Shown in pieces: positions 27,894-37,123 of a DNA stretch of 64,000 nucleotides. The notes under the pieces were generated by a model. It searched no databases. It had not been told where the DNA came from and saw only the letters and a list, made by a program, of their open reading frames with translations. The stretch covers positions 192,001 to 256,000 of the forward strand of contig JAWLHY010000002.1 in NCBI GenBank assembly GCA_041690135.1. The letters run 5' to 3'. The first letter of the stretch is position 1. Each line of letters starts with the position of its first letter. Both the position numbers and the translations under genes were made by a program. Source of the DNA: Armatimonadota bacterium. GTDB lineage: Bacteria > Armatimonadota > SYMT01.

Positions 27894-28463
27894 CTACGCC
27901 GCGTACGGCATCTTCCCCTCCCGAGTCTCCGCGGCGGAGCTCTGCGCCAGGGCTCCGGCCACTTCGGCCACGCGTCGTCCCAGGCTGCGCGCGATCTTCC
28001 GGTCCGCCTCGCTCAGGTGGGGGTGGTCCTGGTTGGCTACGAACGTCGCGCCGTAGGCCGCGCCGGTCTCCATGATCTCCGCCTGCGGGATGTAGGGGCC
28101 GGTGACCACCATACTGCTGCCCAGCATCACGCGGAGGATCGTCTCCAGGGTGGTCTCCACGCCGCCGTGTTCTCCGCCGCTCGTGGCGAACGCACCGCCG
28201 GCTTTCCCGGCCAATCCGCCGCCCATCCAGACCTCGCCGAGGGTGGTGTCCATAAACTTCTTCATCTGGTGCGAGACCGTTCCGCCGTATACCGGCGACC
28301 CCAGGATCAGGCCGTCCGCGCTGCGGAGGTCGTCCGCCGTCACCTGCTCGATCGCCGCGAGCCGAACGTCGGCCCCCCGGACCTCGCGCGCGCCCGCCGC
28401 GATCTCCTGCGCCAGCTCCTCCGTATGCCCGTGCTCGCTGTGGTAGGCAATCAACATCCGCAT
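27894..28463 (-). CDS. WrbA-like flavodoxin / NAD(P)H:quinone oxidoreductase
   Basis: YHSEHGHT, GSPVYGG, GGAFATSGGEHGGVE. Confidence 0.88.
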   Translation of the reverse strand: MRMLIAYHSEHGHTEELAQEIAAGAREVRGADVRLAAIEQVTADDLRSADGLILGSPVYGGTVSHQMKKFMDTTLGEVWMGGGLAGKAGGAFATSGGEHGGVETTLETILRVMLGSSMVVTGPYIPQAEIMETGAAYGATFVANQDHPHLSEADRKIARSLGRRVAEVAGALAQSSAAETREGKMPYAA

Positions 28464-28574
28464 CGTCAGCTCTCCTCTCTCGTCCACGGCTCAACACGGC
28501 CTATCTACCCGGAATACGCAAGGATTCCACCGGAAAGCTTCGGCCGATAAGGGTGAGATTCGGCCTACGCCCTT

Positions 28575-28621
28575 CCTCATCGTCATCCTTATCCTTATCT
28601 TCATCCTGATCGGCCGAAGGC
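28575..28621 (-). repeat. Hexamer tract joined to the GCCTTCGGCCGATCAGGATGA motif
   Basis: The same 21-bp motif occurs at 46211 next to hexamer repeats. Confidence 0.7.
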
Positions 28622-28628
28622 CCGCCCC

Positions 28629-30308
28629 TCACCCTTCCAGGAACTCTGCTTGGCGGATTGCCTCGAGCCGCCGCAGTTTGAGGTGGTAGAACAGGCAACT
28701 GGCCCCCACGTTCAGCGCCAGGCTGAGTCCCGCGACCCACCACACCCAGGAAGAACGGAAGAATCCGGCAAACCCCGTGACGATGCATCCGGCGACCGCC
28801 GCTCCTAACAGCAGCCAGGCGGTGAAGTAGCCGTCGCGCTCACCCTCCGAGACCTCCGGGTCGGGCATCCCGTTTTGCTTGAAGCTGAAGGCGACCAGGA
28901 GGTTGTTGGTGATGAGCGTCGGAAAGAGGCCGATTCCGGCGGGAATGAGCCTTACTACGAGGTCCGGAACCAGAATGAGCAACGGCGTGAGGAGGGCGAT
29001 CCCCACTCCGAATTGCCGCCCGATCCCGTGCATGAACGCGGCGGACATCCGTCCCTTCATCAGCTCCCGGCTGCTCATGGGGGACAGGAGGAGCGACGAA
29101 AGCGCTTGCGAGTTACACTCCTGCTGCCAGCGGGTCGCCGCCTGCGCCCCGACACTCGCGAAGAAGATCGACCAGAGCCCGTAGCCGCCGGAAGTGAAGA
29201 GCAGCCGCATGGCTCCGCGCCAGCTACCTTCGATCGCACGAGCGAACAGGAGCAAAAGCACGCCGGACAGGAGGCCGTACAGCGCGGCCCGGCGCATGGA
29301 GGTGCGCCGGGAGTGCAGGCGGTAGTCGAGGAGCAGCACCGGGTTCTGGGTGCGGGCGGCGATCCAGCGCAGTTCCGCGGCGCTCCACGGATCGGAGAAC
29401 TGGAGCGGCACCCAGCGCGCCGGAACGGCCCAGGCCAGCCCCGGCAGCAGGAGCAAGATGAACCCGGCCACACCCGGCAGCCGCTGCCAGAGGGCGCCGA
29501 TCCCGAGCCAGTAGCAGGCCAGGCAGGCCGTCAGCCGCAGGTGATAGGCCCGCCGCTCGAATTGCTCCGAGCCCAGCGGCGTGGCCGCGGTAAAGAGGAC
29601 CGCCGCGAGCCCCAGCCCGGCCATCCCGAGCCAGAGCGGCCAGAGGGGCACGGGAACCCCGAACAACAGGGTGGTCGCCCCCACGTGGAGTGCGCGCCCG
29701 GCTCTGGTCAGAAAGAAGAAGGCGACGCCCACGATGAGCAGCGCCCCCTTGGTGGCTTCCCGCCGGAGGGCGGGGAGAAGCACCGTCTTCTCCTGTCCCG
29801 GCGCCACCGGGGTGTCCGGCACCAGGGGTGGAAAAAGGAGCGGCACGCAGAGTCCGGCGAGGGCGGCCACCCCCGCCTGCCCGGTCAGCACCGGAAGCCG
29901 GCTCATCGGCTCGATCCCCACCAGGATCGCCATGAGATAGACCGGCATTCCCAGGCCCACGACCGTGGCGCAAAGACTTACCGGAAAGGCCAGCTTGGCC
30001 GCCAGCCACGGAAAGGGGCGGTATGGAAGGAGCAGGACGGCTTCCAGCGTATGCGAGCGCTGTTCCGCGCTGTACACCCGCCAGCTCCCATACACGCCGG
30101 CCGCGCAGCAACTGAACAGGTGAACGAACCGGGTCGGCCAGATATTATGGCCCCACCAGGCCTGCGCCCCCGTCAGGTGCAACAGGACGATGATGAGTAC
30201 CGGAAGCGCCAGCAATGCGGCTACAAACGCCGCAACGGCTCGGAAGCTCCTGCAGTACCTTTCATGTTGTCGCAGTTCGCGGATCAGGAATGGGTTGTCC
30301 CGGAACAA
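28629..30308 (-). CDS. Polytopic membrane protein with two ABC-2 permease-like repeats
   Basis: NPFLIRELR and NPVLLLDYR; E...TLEAVLLLP...KL and E...LSSLLLSP; many TM segments. Confidence 0.75.
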   Translation of the reverse strand: MFRDNPFLIRELRQHERYCRSFRAVAAFVAALLALPVLIIVLLHLTGAQAWWGHNIWPTRFVHLFSCCAAGVYGSWRVYSAEQRSHTLEAVLLLPYRPFPWLAAKLAFPVSLCATVVGLGMPVYLMAILVGIEPMSRLPVLTGQAGVAALAGLCVPLLFPPLVPDTPVAPGQEKTVLLPALRREATKGALLIVGVAFFFLTRAGRALHVGATTLLFGVPVPLWPLWLGMAGLGLAAVLFTAATPLGSEQFERRAYHLRLTACLACYWLGIGALWQRLPGVAGFILLLLPGLAWAVPARWVPLQFSDPWSAAELRWIAARTQNPVLLLDYRLHSRRTSMRRAALYGLLSGVLLLLFARAIEGSWRGAMRLLFTSGGYGLWSIFFASVGAQAATRWQQECNSQALSSLLLSPMSSRELMKGRMSAAFMHGIGRQFGVGIALLTPLLILVPDLVVRLIPAGIGLFPTLITNNLLVAFSFKQNGMPDPEVSEGERDGYFTAWLLLGAAVAGCIVTGFAGFFRSSWVWWVAGLSLALNVGASCLFYHLKLRRLEAIRQAEFLEG

Positions 30309-30446
30309 CGTGAGCGTCCTTCGAATGCAGTGGGTTGTAGCTCGGTTCCCTGCCGGTCCGGCGGTTTCCTGCCGCGGCGCCGGTTCTGGTATAGTTGAAC
30401 GAGAGTTTCCTTACGCCGTTGCGTTCCGCGACAGAGAGGCCCTTAC

Positions 30447-33400
30447 GTGGAGAGCGGTTTCCTCCCCCCGTCCGGCGGCACACCCCAGGCGGAGTCGGTC
30501 TGCGGCCACTGCGGCTCGAGTCTTCTCCAGGCTTGCGGCGGCTGCCGTTCCCCGATGCCGGCGGCTTTCCGCTTCTGCGGCCACTGCGGATCCGCGCTCA
30601 CTCGCGCCTGCCCCGGCTGCGGCGCGACCATGCCCGCGGCCTACCGCTACTGCGGGATGTGCGGCGGCACCCTCGGTGAAGCGGATGCGGAGGGCGCATT
30701 TGCCGCCAAGCCCGCGCTTCCGGTGCGTCCCGTCCCCGTTTCACCCCGGCCGCTTCCCGCCCGCTCCCCGGAAACCCCGGAGCCCCTGGGGGAGCAGCGA
30801 CGACGGGTGGCTATCCTGTTTGCCGACCTTTCCGGCTCCACGGCGATGTCGGACCGCCTCGAAGTCGAAACCTCCTACCGGCTGGTCAGTGAGTGCGTGA
30901 CCGGTCTCGGCCGGATCGTCTCCGAGGCCGGCGGGTACGTCGTGAAGACCCTGGGCGATGGGCTGATGGCCCTCTTCGGCGCGCCCCTCGCCCACGGCGA
31001 CGATGCGGCCCGCGCGGCCCGCGCGGGGCTCTGGATGCAGGCGTGGATGGAGCGCCGGGGCCGGAATGTGGAGGAGCGCTACGGGGTGCGCCTCCGCCTC
31101 CGCGTGGGGATCAACTACGGCAGTGTCGTCGCGGCGCCAATCACGGCGGGCGACCGTTTCCAGTACGACGTCCTGGGTGATGCGGTCAACGTGGCACAGC
31201 GGCTGGAGGCGGCGGCCGAGCCGGGGACCGTCACCGTCAGCGAGGCGTTCTACCGGATCACGCGCGGCGAGTTCGCGTATCTCGACCTCGGCACGGCGCG
31301 GGTCAAGGGGAAGCCCGAGCCGCTGCGCCTGTTCCGGCTCTCCGGCGAGTTACCGCCGTCCGAGCGACGGGCGGTCGAGAATGCATTTCCGCTGGCGGGT
31401 CGCGATGCGGAGCTGTCCCGGCTCCTGGCCGCCGTCCAGCAACTCCAGCAGGGCCACGGGGCCCTGGCGGCGGTTACCGGGGAAGGCGGGATGGGAAAGA
31501 GCCGTCTCCTGGAAGAGCTGTCCGGCGAGCTGGTTTCCCGCGGTCTACCGCTGCTGGTCGCCACCGGGACGGAAGCCGGCCGGACGAACCCCCTGGGCCT
31601 CTGGCGAGGCTGGCTGGCCCACCTGCTGCCGCTTCCGGAGAACGCTGACTACGACCGTACGTGCGCGGCCCTGGCGGAGACGCTGGAAGGGACCCCGGCG
31701 GCAGCGGCGGCGGAGTGGCTGGCGGCGATCCAGGTGGACCCGCAGCGGCTGCTGGCGCTGCCTTCGGAAGCTCGGGACACCCTGCTGCTGGACACCCTGC
31801 GGAGCTTCCTCCGTTACTGGAGCGGAGAGCAGCCCGCCGCCCTGCTGGTGGACGAAGCCGGGCTGGTCGACTCCCTTTCCCGCGACCTGCTGGTCCGCCT
31901 GGTCCGGGGAGATGCGGGCTCGCCGGTCCCGCCCCTTCTGGTAGTCCTCGCCGGCCGGCCCTCCAACGCCTTCCCTCCCTCCGCGGAGCCGGTCATCGAG
32001 CTCGGCCCCCTTTCCGGGGAGGAGGTTACGGCCTGGGTGCGCGAGGCTCTCCCCGGCCGGGAGGTCCCGGAGCGCGCGCTGGTGGAGCTGGTCGAACGCT
32101 CCGGTGGAAGCCCACTTTACCTGGACATGCTCCTGCGGGCCGCGAGGGAGGCCTCCGACCCGCTGGAAGTCCTCACCGCGGTTCCGGACACCGTCTACGG
32201 GGTGGTGCAGTCCGAGCTGGATGCCCTGACTTCGGAGGAGCGCCGGATCGCCCAAGTGGCGGCCATCCTGGGGCGCTCCTTTCCGGAGGAATGGCTGGAC
32301 CGCCTGCTCTTCCTCAACGCGCGGCCGCTCGCATCACCGGCCTCCTCACCGGCCAACCCGCGTGGCGCACACCCGCCGTGGGCTTCGCTGGAACGGCGGG
32401 GGCTCCTGGTGGAACGCAAGCCGCACCCGCACCGGGAATTGGCCTTCCGGCATGGCGTACTCCAGGAAGTGCTCTACGAAGGCATGCTCCGGCGCGAGCG
32501 TCGGGAGAGACATGTCGTGGTGGCCGAAATCGCGGCGGATGCCGCCGCGGAACAGCCGGATCTCGCCGCGGTGACCGCCCGCCACTGGCGAGGGGCGGAG
32601 AACTGGGAGCAGTCCCTGGCCTGGACGCAGCGGGCGGCCAATCACGCGGCCTCCGTCTACGCCGGTCCGGAAGCGGAGGAGCTTTATCTCCAGTGCCGGG
32701 GCTTCGCGCAGCGGCTGGGCCTTCTCCAGGAAGAGGCACGGGCCGTCCGCGGCCTGGCGGAAGTGGCGATGCACCGCGGCGAGTACCCGGCGGCGCTCGC
32801 GCATTACGAGCAGGCGCGACGTCTCCTCGCGGAGGAGGCGCCGGAGGATGCCGAAAGCCCCGACTCCCGCACTCTCCAGGCCTCACTGGAGTTGGGTGAA
32901 GCGCGGGTCCTCGCCCGGACTGGAGAGTTGACCCGGGCGCTCCCCCTCCTCGAACAGGCGCTCGGGCTTCTGGCGGACCCTCGCGACGAGGACGCCCGTC
33001 GTCTGCAGGTGGAGTGTCTGATCGAGCAGTCCCTCGATTACGCCGACCTCGGCCTCCTGCGAGAGGCGCTCGCCGCGGGGAGCGCCGCCCTGGAGCAGGC
33101 GGAGCGGGCCGGGTGGGCGCGAGAAGAAGCCGCCGCGAACTCCGCATTGGGCCTGATCCATCCGCTCCTGGATGATTGGCCGGCGGCGGAGCGCCACCTG
33201 CGAAGGTCGCTGGAGTTGGCGGAGGCGGCCCACGACTGGAAGGGCGCGGCCGCCGCCTGGAGCAACCTGGGGGCGGGCCTCCAGTCTGCGGGCAGGTTGC
33301 CGGAAGCCGCGGCGGCGTTCGAAAAGGCCTGCACCTACGCCCGCCGCATCGCCGACGTGGAGAAGCTGGCGATCGTACGGATGAACCTGGGGACGGTCTA

Positions 33401-34028
33401 CCTGAACCACGGAGACTGGACGGAGGCGGCCGTCGCCTTCCGGGAGAGCCTGGCTTCGTTCCGCGCGATGGGGCACGCCCTCGGAGAGGCGGCCTCGCTC
33501 TACAACCTCGCCGACGCGCTGCGCTGGGGAGGCGAGACCGACGAGGCGGAGCAGGTACTCCACGGAGCGGAACGGAAGTGCGAGACGGTCGACGCCCCCC
33601 ACCTTCAGGTCCACATCCGGGCCGCTCGGGCGGAAATGGAGCTGCACCGCGAGGAGCTTCCCGGCGCCCTGGAGCAGGCGCAGCGCGCCCTCTGGCTGGC
33701 GACGGAGACCGACTACGAAGGCGGCATACGCCTCGCGCGGTTGGTGCTGGGGCGGGTCCAGCGGAAGCGAGGAGACCTAACCGTGGCGGAAGCGGAGCTG
33801 CGCGCCTCCATGGAAAGCTACGCCAACGCCGGAGAGCCCCTGGAAGCCGCCCGCGCCCGCGCCGAGTTGGCCGCCGTTCTCGCCACCGCGGGAGATCCGG
33901 CCACCGCGCGTGCCCTCTACACCGAGGCCCACCAGGCGATCCACGCCCTCGACGCCGCCCCCTGGCTCCTCCACCTTCCACAGAGCGGGGATCTTCTCCG
34001 GAATCAGCGGCGGGAGCCGAGGGTGTAG
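30447..34028 (+). CDS. Class III adenylate cyclase with double zinc ribbon, STAND ATPase and TPRs
   Basis: Repeated CxxCG; LFADLSGST, KTLGDG, YDVLGDAVNVAQRL; Walker A GEGGMGKS; FRHG; TPR tail. Confidence 0.92.
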   Translation: MESGFLPPSGGTPQAESVCGHCGSSLLQACGGCRSPMPAAFRFCGHCGSALTRACPGCGATMPAAYRYCGMCGGTLGEADAEGAFAAKPALPVRPVPVSPRPLPARSPETPEPLGEQRRRVAILFADLSGSTAMSDRLEVETSYRLVSECVTGLGRIVSEAGGYVVKTLGDGLMALFGAPLAHGDDAARAARAGLWMQAWMERRGRNVEERYGVRLRLRVGINYGSVVAAPITAGDRFQYDVLGDAVNVAQRLEAAAEPGTVTVSEAFYRITRGEFAYLDLGTARVKGKPEPLRLFRLSGELPPSERRAVENAFPLAGRDAELSRLLAAVQQLQQGHGALAAVTGEGGMGKSRLLEELSGELVSRGLPLLVATGTEAGRTNPLGLWRGWLAHLLPLPENADYDRTCAALAETLEGTPAAAAAEWLAAIQVDPQRLLALPSEARDTLLLDTLRSFLRYWSGEQPAALLVDEAGLVDSLSRDLLVRLVRGDAGSPVPPLLVVLAGRPSNAFPPSAEPVIELGPLSGEEVTAWVREALPGREVPERALVELVERSGGSPLYLDMLLRAAREASDPLEVLTAVPDTVYGVVQSELDALTSEERRIAQVAAILGRSFPEEWLDRLLFLNARPLASPASSPANPRGAHPPWASLERRGLLVERKPHPHRELAFRHGVLQEVLYEGMLRRERRERHVVVAEIAADAAAEQPDLAAVTARHWRGAENWEQSLAWTQRAANHAASVYAGPEAEELYLQCRGFAQRLGLLQEEARAVRGLAEVAMHRGEYPAALAHYEQARRLLAEEAPEDAESPDSRTLQASLELGEARVLARTGELTRALPLLEQALGLLADPRDEDARRLQVECLIEQSLDYADLGLLREALAAGSAALEQAERAGWAREEAAANSALGLIHPLLDDWPAAERHLRRSLELAEAAHDWKGAAAAWSNLGAGLQSAGRLPEAAAAFEKACTYARRIADVEKLAIVRMNLGTVYLNHGDWTEAAVAFRESLASFRAMGHALGEAASLYNLADALRWGGETDEAEQVLHGAERKCETVDAPHLQVHIRAARAEMELHREELPGALEQAQRALWLATETDYEGGIRLARLVLGRVQRKRGDLTVAEAELRASMESYANAGEPLEAARARAELAAVLATAGDPATARALYTEAHQAIHALDAAPWLLHLPQSGDLLRNQRREPRV

Positions 34029-34720
34029 CCGGCGCCGAAGCCGAACTTCGGCGTGTCGCTCAGGCCGTTGTTGGCCCAGGTCAGGGCGAGCGTCCAGTCC
34101 TCGCTGGGGCGGTAGGACAGAGTCAGCGCCAGCGGGGTTCCGAACTCCTGGCTCATCCGGGGGCGACCCTCGGCGATGAAACTGAGACGGGAGGAAAGGC
34201 CGATCTCGATCCCCGCATAGGGCTGGAATTCGTGCTTCGAGACGGCATCGATGTAGTCCACGTACTGCACCCCCAGGTGCCCGACGATCCGCCGCGCTCC
34301 GGGTTGGGAGAACGCGTGCCGGACCGCGAGGAACCCCAGACGGGTGTCCACCTCACCGCCGCCCAGTTGGGTAAACCCGACCGCCGCGCTGGTTCCCGCG
34401 TCGTCGCCCCAGAAGCGATACTTGAGAAAGCCACCGGCGGAGGCGTCCCGCTCCCAGCCGGAGACCTTCACCACGGTCGCGCCGATCTCCAGGTCGTCCG
34501 TGAGACCGTAGTCGAGGGTCCCCGAGATCCAGGTCCGGGTATCGTCGAATACCGGGTTATGCTGCGGCAAGACCAGGATCGCCGGGGTGAGCTTCCCCTT
34601 CGGGGGCACGGATGCGGTCGGGTGCAGAAACAGCCCGCCCGGCCCGTAGAGGCTCTGCGCGGAAGCCGGCGCGGCCAGCAGGCTCAACGCGAGTGGAAGT
34701 AGAGAGCGGAGACGCATCAC
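34004..34720 (-). CDS. Secreted outer-membrane beta-barrel-like protein (YjbH-like N-terminus)
   Basis: Signal peptide, SLYGPGGLFLHPTA, amphipathic strands ending FGAGY. Confidence 0.75.
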   Translation of the reverse strand: MMRLRSLLPLALSLLAAPASAQSLYGPGGLFLHPTASVPPKGKLTPAILVLPQHNPVFDDTRTWISGTLDYGLTDDLEIGATVVKVSGWERDASAGGFLKYRFWGDDAGTSAAVGFTQLGGGEVDTRLGFLAVRHAFSQPGARRIVGHLGVQYVDYIDAVSKHEFQPYAGIEIGLSSRLSFIAEGRPRMSQEFGTPLALTLSYRPSEDWTLALTWANNGLSDTPKFGFGAGYTLGSRR

Positions 34721-34960
34721 CGGGTCCTCACAAGGGGGTGGGTACCTATCGAACAGGCCTCTGGACCGCCCGAGCAGCGGTCAATCACCTCCTCCAGTAT
34801 AGAGCTTCCGGAGCGCTGCGCAAGACGGAGAAACAGTCGCCTTCGGCGTCCACCGGAGCCGGTTCTTCGGGTTCACGGCGATTCCCACCCAGTAAGCGTC
34901 GCCGGCGGGACCCCTGGCGTAAAATGGAAGGGAGTATTCCCAGCCAGGAGATCCCCAACC

Positions 34961-35665
34961 GTGTGCGGACGCTACGCGCTTGTCGATAACCCCGTCAACC
35001 ATCAGGAGCGGACCGACCTGAGCCTCTTCGGAGAGCTCGAGCTGGCGGACCTCCTGCCCCGCTACAACGTGGCGCCCACCTCTCGGATGCCGGTCGTGGT
35101 AGAGTCCGAAGTCGGGCGCGGGTTCGAAGTGATGCGCTGGGGCCTCATTCCCGGCTGGGCGAAGGACGCCTCGGGGGCGGCGCGGATGATCAACGCCCGC
35201 GCGGAGACGGCGGCGGAGAAACCGGCGTTCCGGAGCGCCTTCCAGCGCCGCCGCTGCCTGGTTCCCGCCTCCGGCTACTATGAGTGGATGACGACCCAGG
35301 ACGGCAAACAGCCCCAGTGGATCCACCCGCGGGACGGTGGCCTGCTATGGTTCGCCGGTCTCTGGGAGCAGTGGCATTCCCCGGACGGCCCTCTCCGCAC
35401 CTACGCCATCCTCACCAAGACCGCTGAGGGCATCGCCGCCGAGATCCACCATCGCATGCCCGCCCTGCTCCAGGGGGAAGAGCTCCTTCAATGGCTGGAC
35501 CCCGGCACCGCCCCGCTGCACCTCCACGCCCTGCTGCAGCCCCGCCCCCATCCGGAGCTCGCCGCCTACCCAGTGACCCGCGCCGTCAACCGCGTGGGCT
35601 ACGAAGACCCGGAGGCCCTCTTGCCGGTTGAGAGGACCGTTCAGGCAACGCTGGATTTTGAGTAA
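34961..35665 (+). CDS. SRAP (YedK/HMCES) abasic-site protein
   Basis: MCGRY, RYNVAPT, MRWGLIP, INARAET, RRCLVPA, YEW, IHHRMP. Confidence 0.95.
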   Translation: MCGRYALVDNPVNHQERTDLSLFGELELADLLPRYNVAPTSRMPVVVESEVGRGFEVMRWGLIPGWAKDASGAARMINARAETAAEKPAFRSAFQRRRCLVPASGYYEWMTTQDGKQPQWIHPRDGGLLWFAGLWEQWHSPDGPLRTYAILTKTAEGIAAEIHHRMPALLQGEELLQWLDPGTAPLHLHALLQPRPHPELAAYPVTRAVNRVGYEDPEALLPVERTVQATLDFE

Positions 35666-35675
35666 AAGAACAAAG

Positions 35676-35701
35676 GGCGGTCCGCATAACTGCGAACCGC
35701 C
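35676..35701 (-). terminator. Intrinsic terminator (minus strand)
   Basis: GGCGGTTCGCA-GTTA-TGCGGACCGCC followed by CTTTGTTCTTTT. Confidence 0.7.
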
Positions 35702-35824
35702 GCACGGCTCAATACCGGGGGCTGGTAGGGAGCGCTGGTATGGCGACGTCGAACTGCCTGACGTCTTGCTTGGGGGAGGCCGGGTGGGGGAAACCGCCCG
35801 ACAGGGGTGAGGACTTGCGGCCCG

Positions 35825-36001
35825 TTAGCGCGTGCAGCTATCCGGGAGCTTCCAGGAAACCCAGTTGTGCTGGCAATCGGGGCAGTAGTAGCTGGCCTGG
35901 CGCGCGTAGGTCATCGGCTCGCGGACGATCCCATCCAGGATCCGATTCTCGTGCTTGCAGCGGAGCTTATGAAACCACTGACGGATTACCTTAAACAGCA
36001 T
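35825..36001 (-). CDS. Small putative Zn-binding protein (58 aa)
   Basis: SD GAGGA; C-x-H...CPDC; flanked by terminators. Confidence 0.55.
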   Translation of the reverse strand: MLFKVIRQWFHKLRCKHENRILDGIVREPMTYARQASYYCPDCQHNWVSWKLPDSCTR

Positions 36002-36119
36002 GGCTTTCCTCGTTCCAAAATTGGGCGCCCGCCAGGGGTAAACGGGCAACAACTACTATGTCGGTCTTAAACGATGGAACTCCAGAAATCGAAAGGATGA
36101 ATCTGGAGCTATTTTTTCG

Positions 36120-36159
36120 GAGCGTGGGGCACGGCCGTGAACGGCCGTGCCCCACGCTC
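36120..36159 (-). terminator. 19-bp inverted repeat after transketolase
   Basis: GAGCGTGGGGCACGGCCGT-GA-ACGGCCGTGCCCCACGCTC. Confidence 0.75.
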
Positions 36160-36169
36160 AATGGATGGC

Positions 36170-37123
36170 TTAAAGGAGCTCGCGAGCGGCGCGGACTACG
36201 TTCTGGTAGTTCATGCCGTACTTCTCGAGCAGCGCGGCCGGCGAGCCGGACTCGGCGAACTGGTCGCCCAGGTTCACGAAGCGCATCGGCACGGGGTGGT
36301 TCGCGGCAATCGCCATGGAGACGGCGCTGCCCAGGCCGCCGTGGGCCAGGTGCTCTTCCACCACCACCACCTTCCCGGTCTCCCGGGCGGCCTTGGTGAT
36401 CGCTTCCACGTCCAGCGGCTTCACGGTGTGGACGTCCAGGACGCGCACGGATGCGCCGTCCTTCTCCAGGGCGGCGGCGGCTTCCAGGGCGGCGGCAACC
36501 ATCAGCCCGTTGGTGATGATCGTGAGGTCGCTGCCGTCGCGGAGCTGGTTCGCCTTGCCCAGGGTCCACTCCGCGCCGTCCTGGTAAATCACGGGCGCGT
36601 TGGGGCGGCCGGTGCGCAGGTAGGCGGGGCCCTTCAGCGCGTGGATGGCGCGCACGGCGGCGCGGCAGGAGTACTCGTCGCAGGGGACCACCACCACGAA
36701 CTCCGGCAGGGAGCAGGCGAGGGAGACGTCCTCGATGCCCATCTGGGAGGGGCCGTCCTCACCGATGCTGATGCCGCTGTGGCTGCCGACGACCTTCACG
36801 TCCCACTTCGGGAATGCCACCGACATGCGGAGCTGGTCGTAGGCGTTGGAGACCACGAAGGTGGCAAAGGAGGCGCACCAGGCCTGCTTGCCGGAGGCCG
36901 CGAGGCCCGCCGCCACGCCGACCATGTTGCTCTCGGCGATGCCGACGTTGAAGAACCGGTCCGGGTGGGCCTTGGCGAAGATGTCGGTGCGGGTCGAGTT
37001 GTTCAGGTCGGCGTCGACCACCACGATCGACGGGTCTTCCGCGCCGAGATCCCGCAGGGCCTCGCCGAACGCCACGCGCGTGGCCTTGCCGCTCGTCAGG
37101 CCGATCGTCTTTCCTAGCTCCAT
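36170..37123 (-). CDS. Transketolase C-terminal (pyrimidine-binding) subunit
   Basis: DADL, NVGIAESNM, GEDGPSQ, EEHLAHGGLGS. Confidence 0.93.
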   Translation of the reverse strand: MELGKTIGLTSGKATRVAFGEALRDLGAEDPSIVVVDADLNNSTRTDIFAKAHPDRFFNVGIAESNMVGVAAGLAASGKQAWCASFATFVVSNAYDQLRMSVAFPKWDVKVVGSHSGISIGEDGPSQMGIEDVSLACSLPEFVVVVPCDEYSCRAAVRAIHALKGPAYLRTGRPNAPVIYQDGAEWTLGKANQLRDGSDLTIITNGLMVAAALEAAAALEKDGASVRVLDVHTVKPLDVEAITKAARETGKVVVVEEHLAHGGLGSAVSMAIAANHPVPMRFVNLGDQFAESGSPAALLEKYGMNYQNVVRAARELL

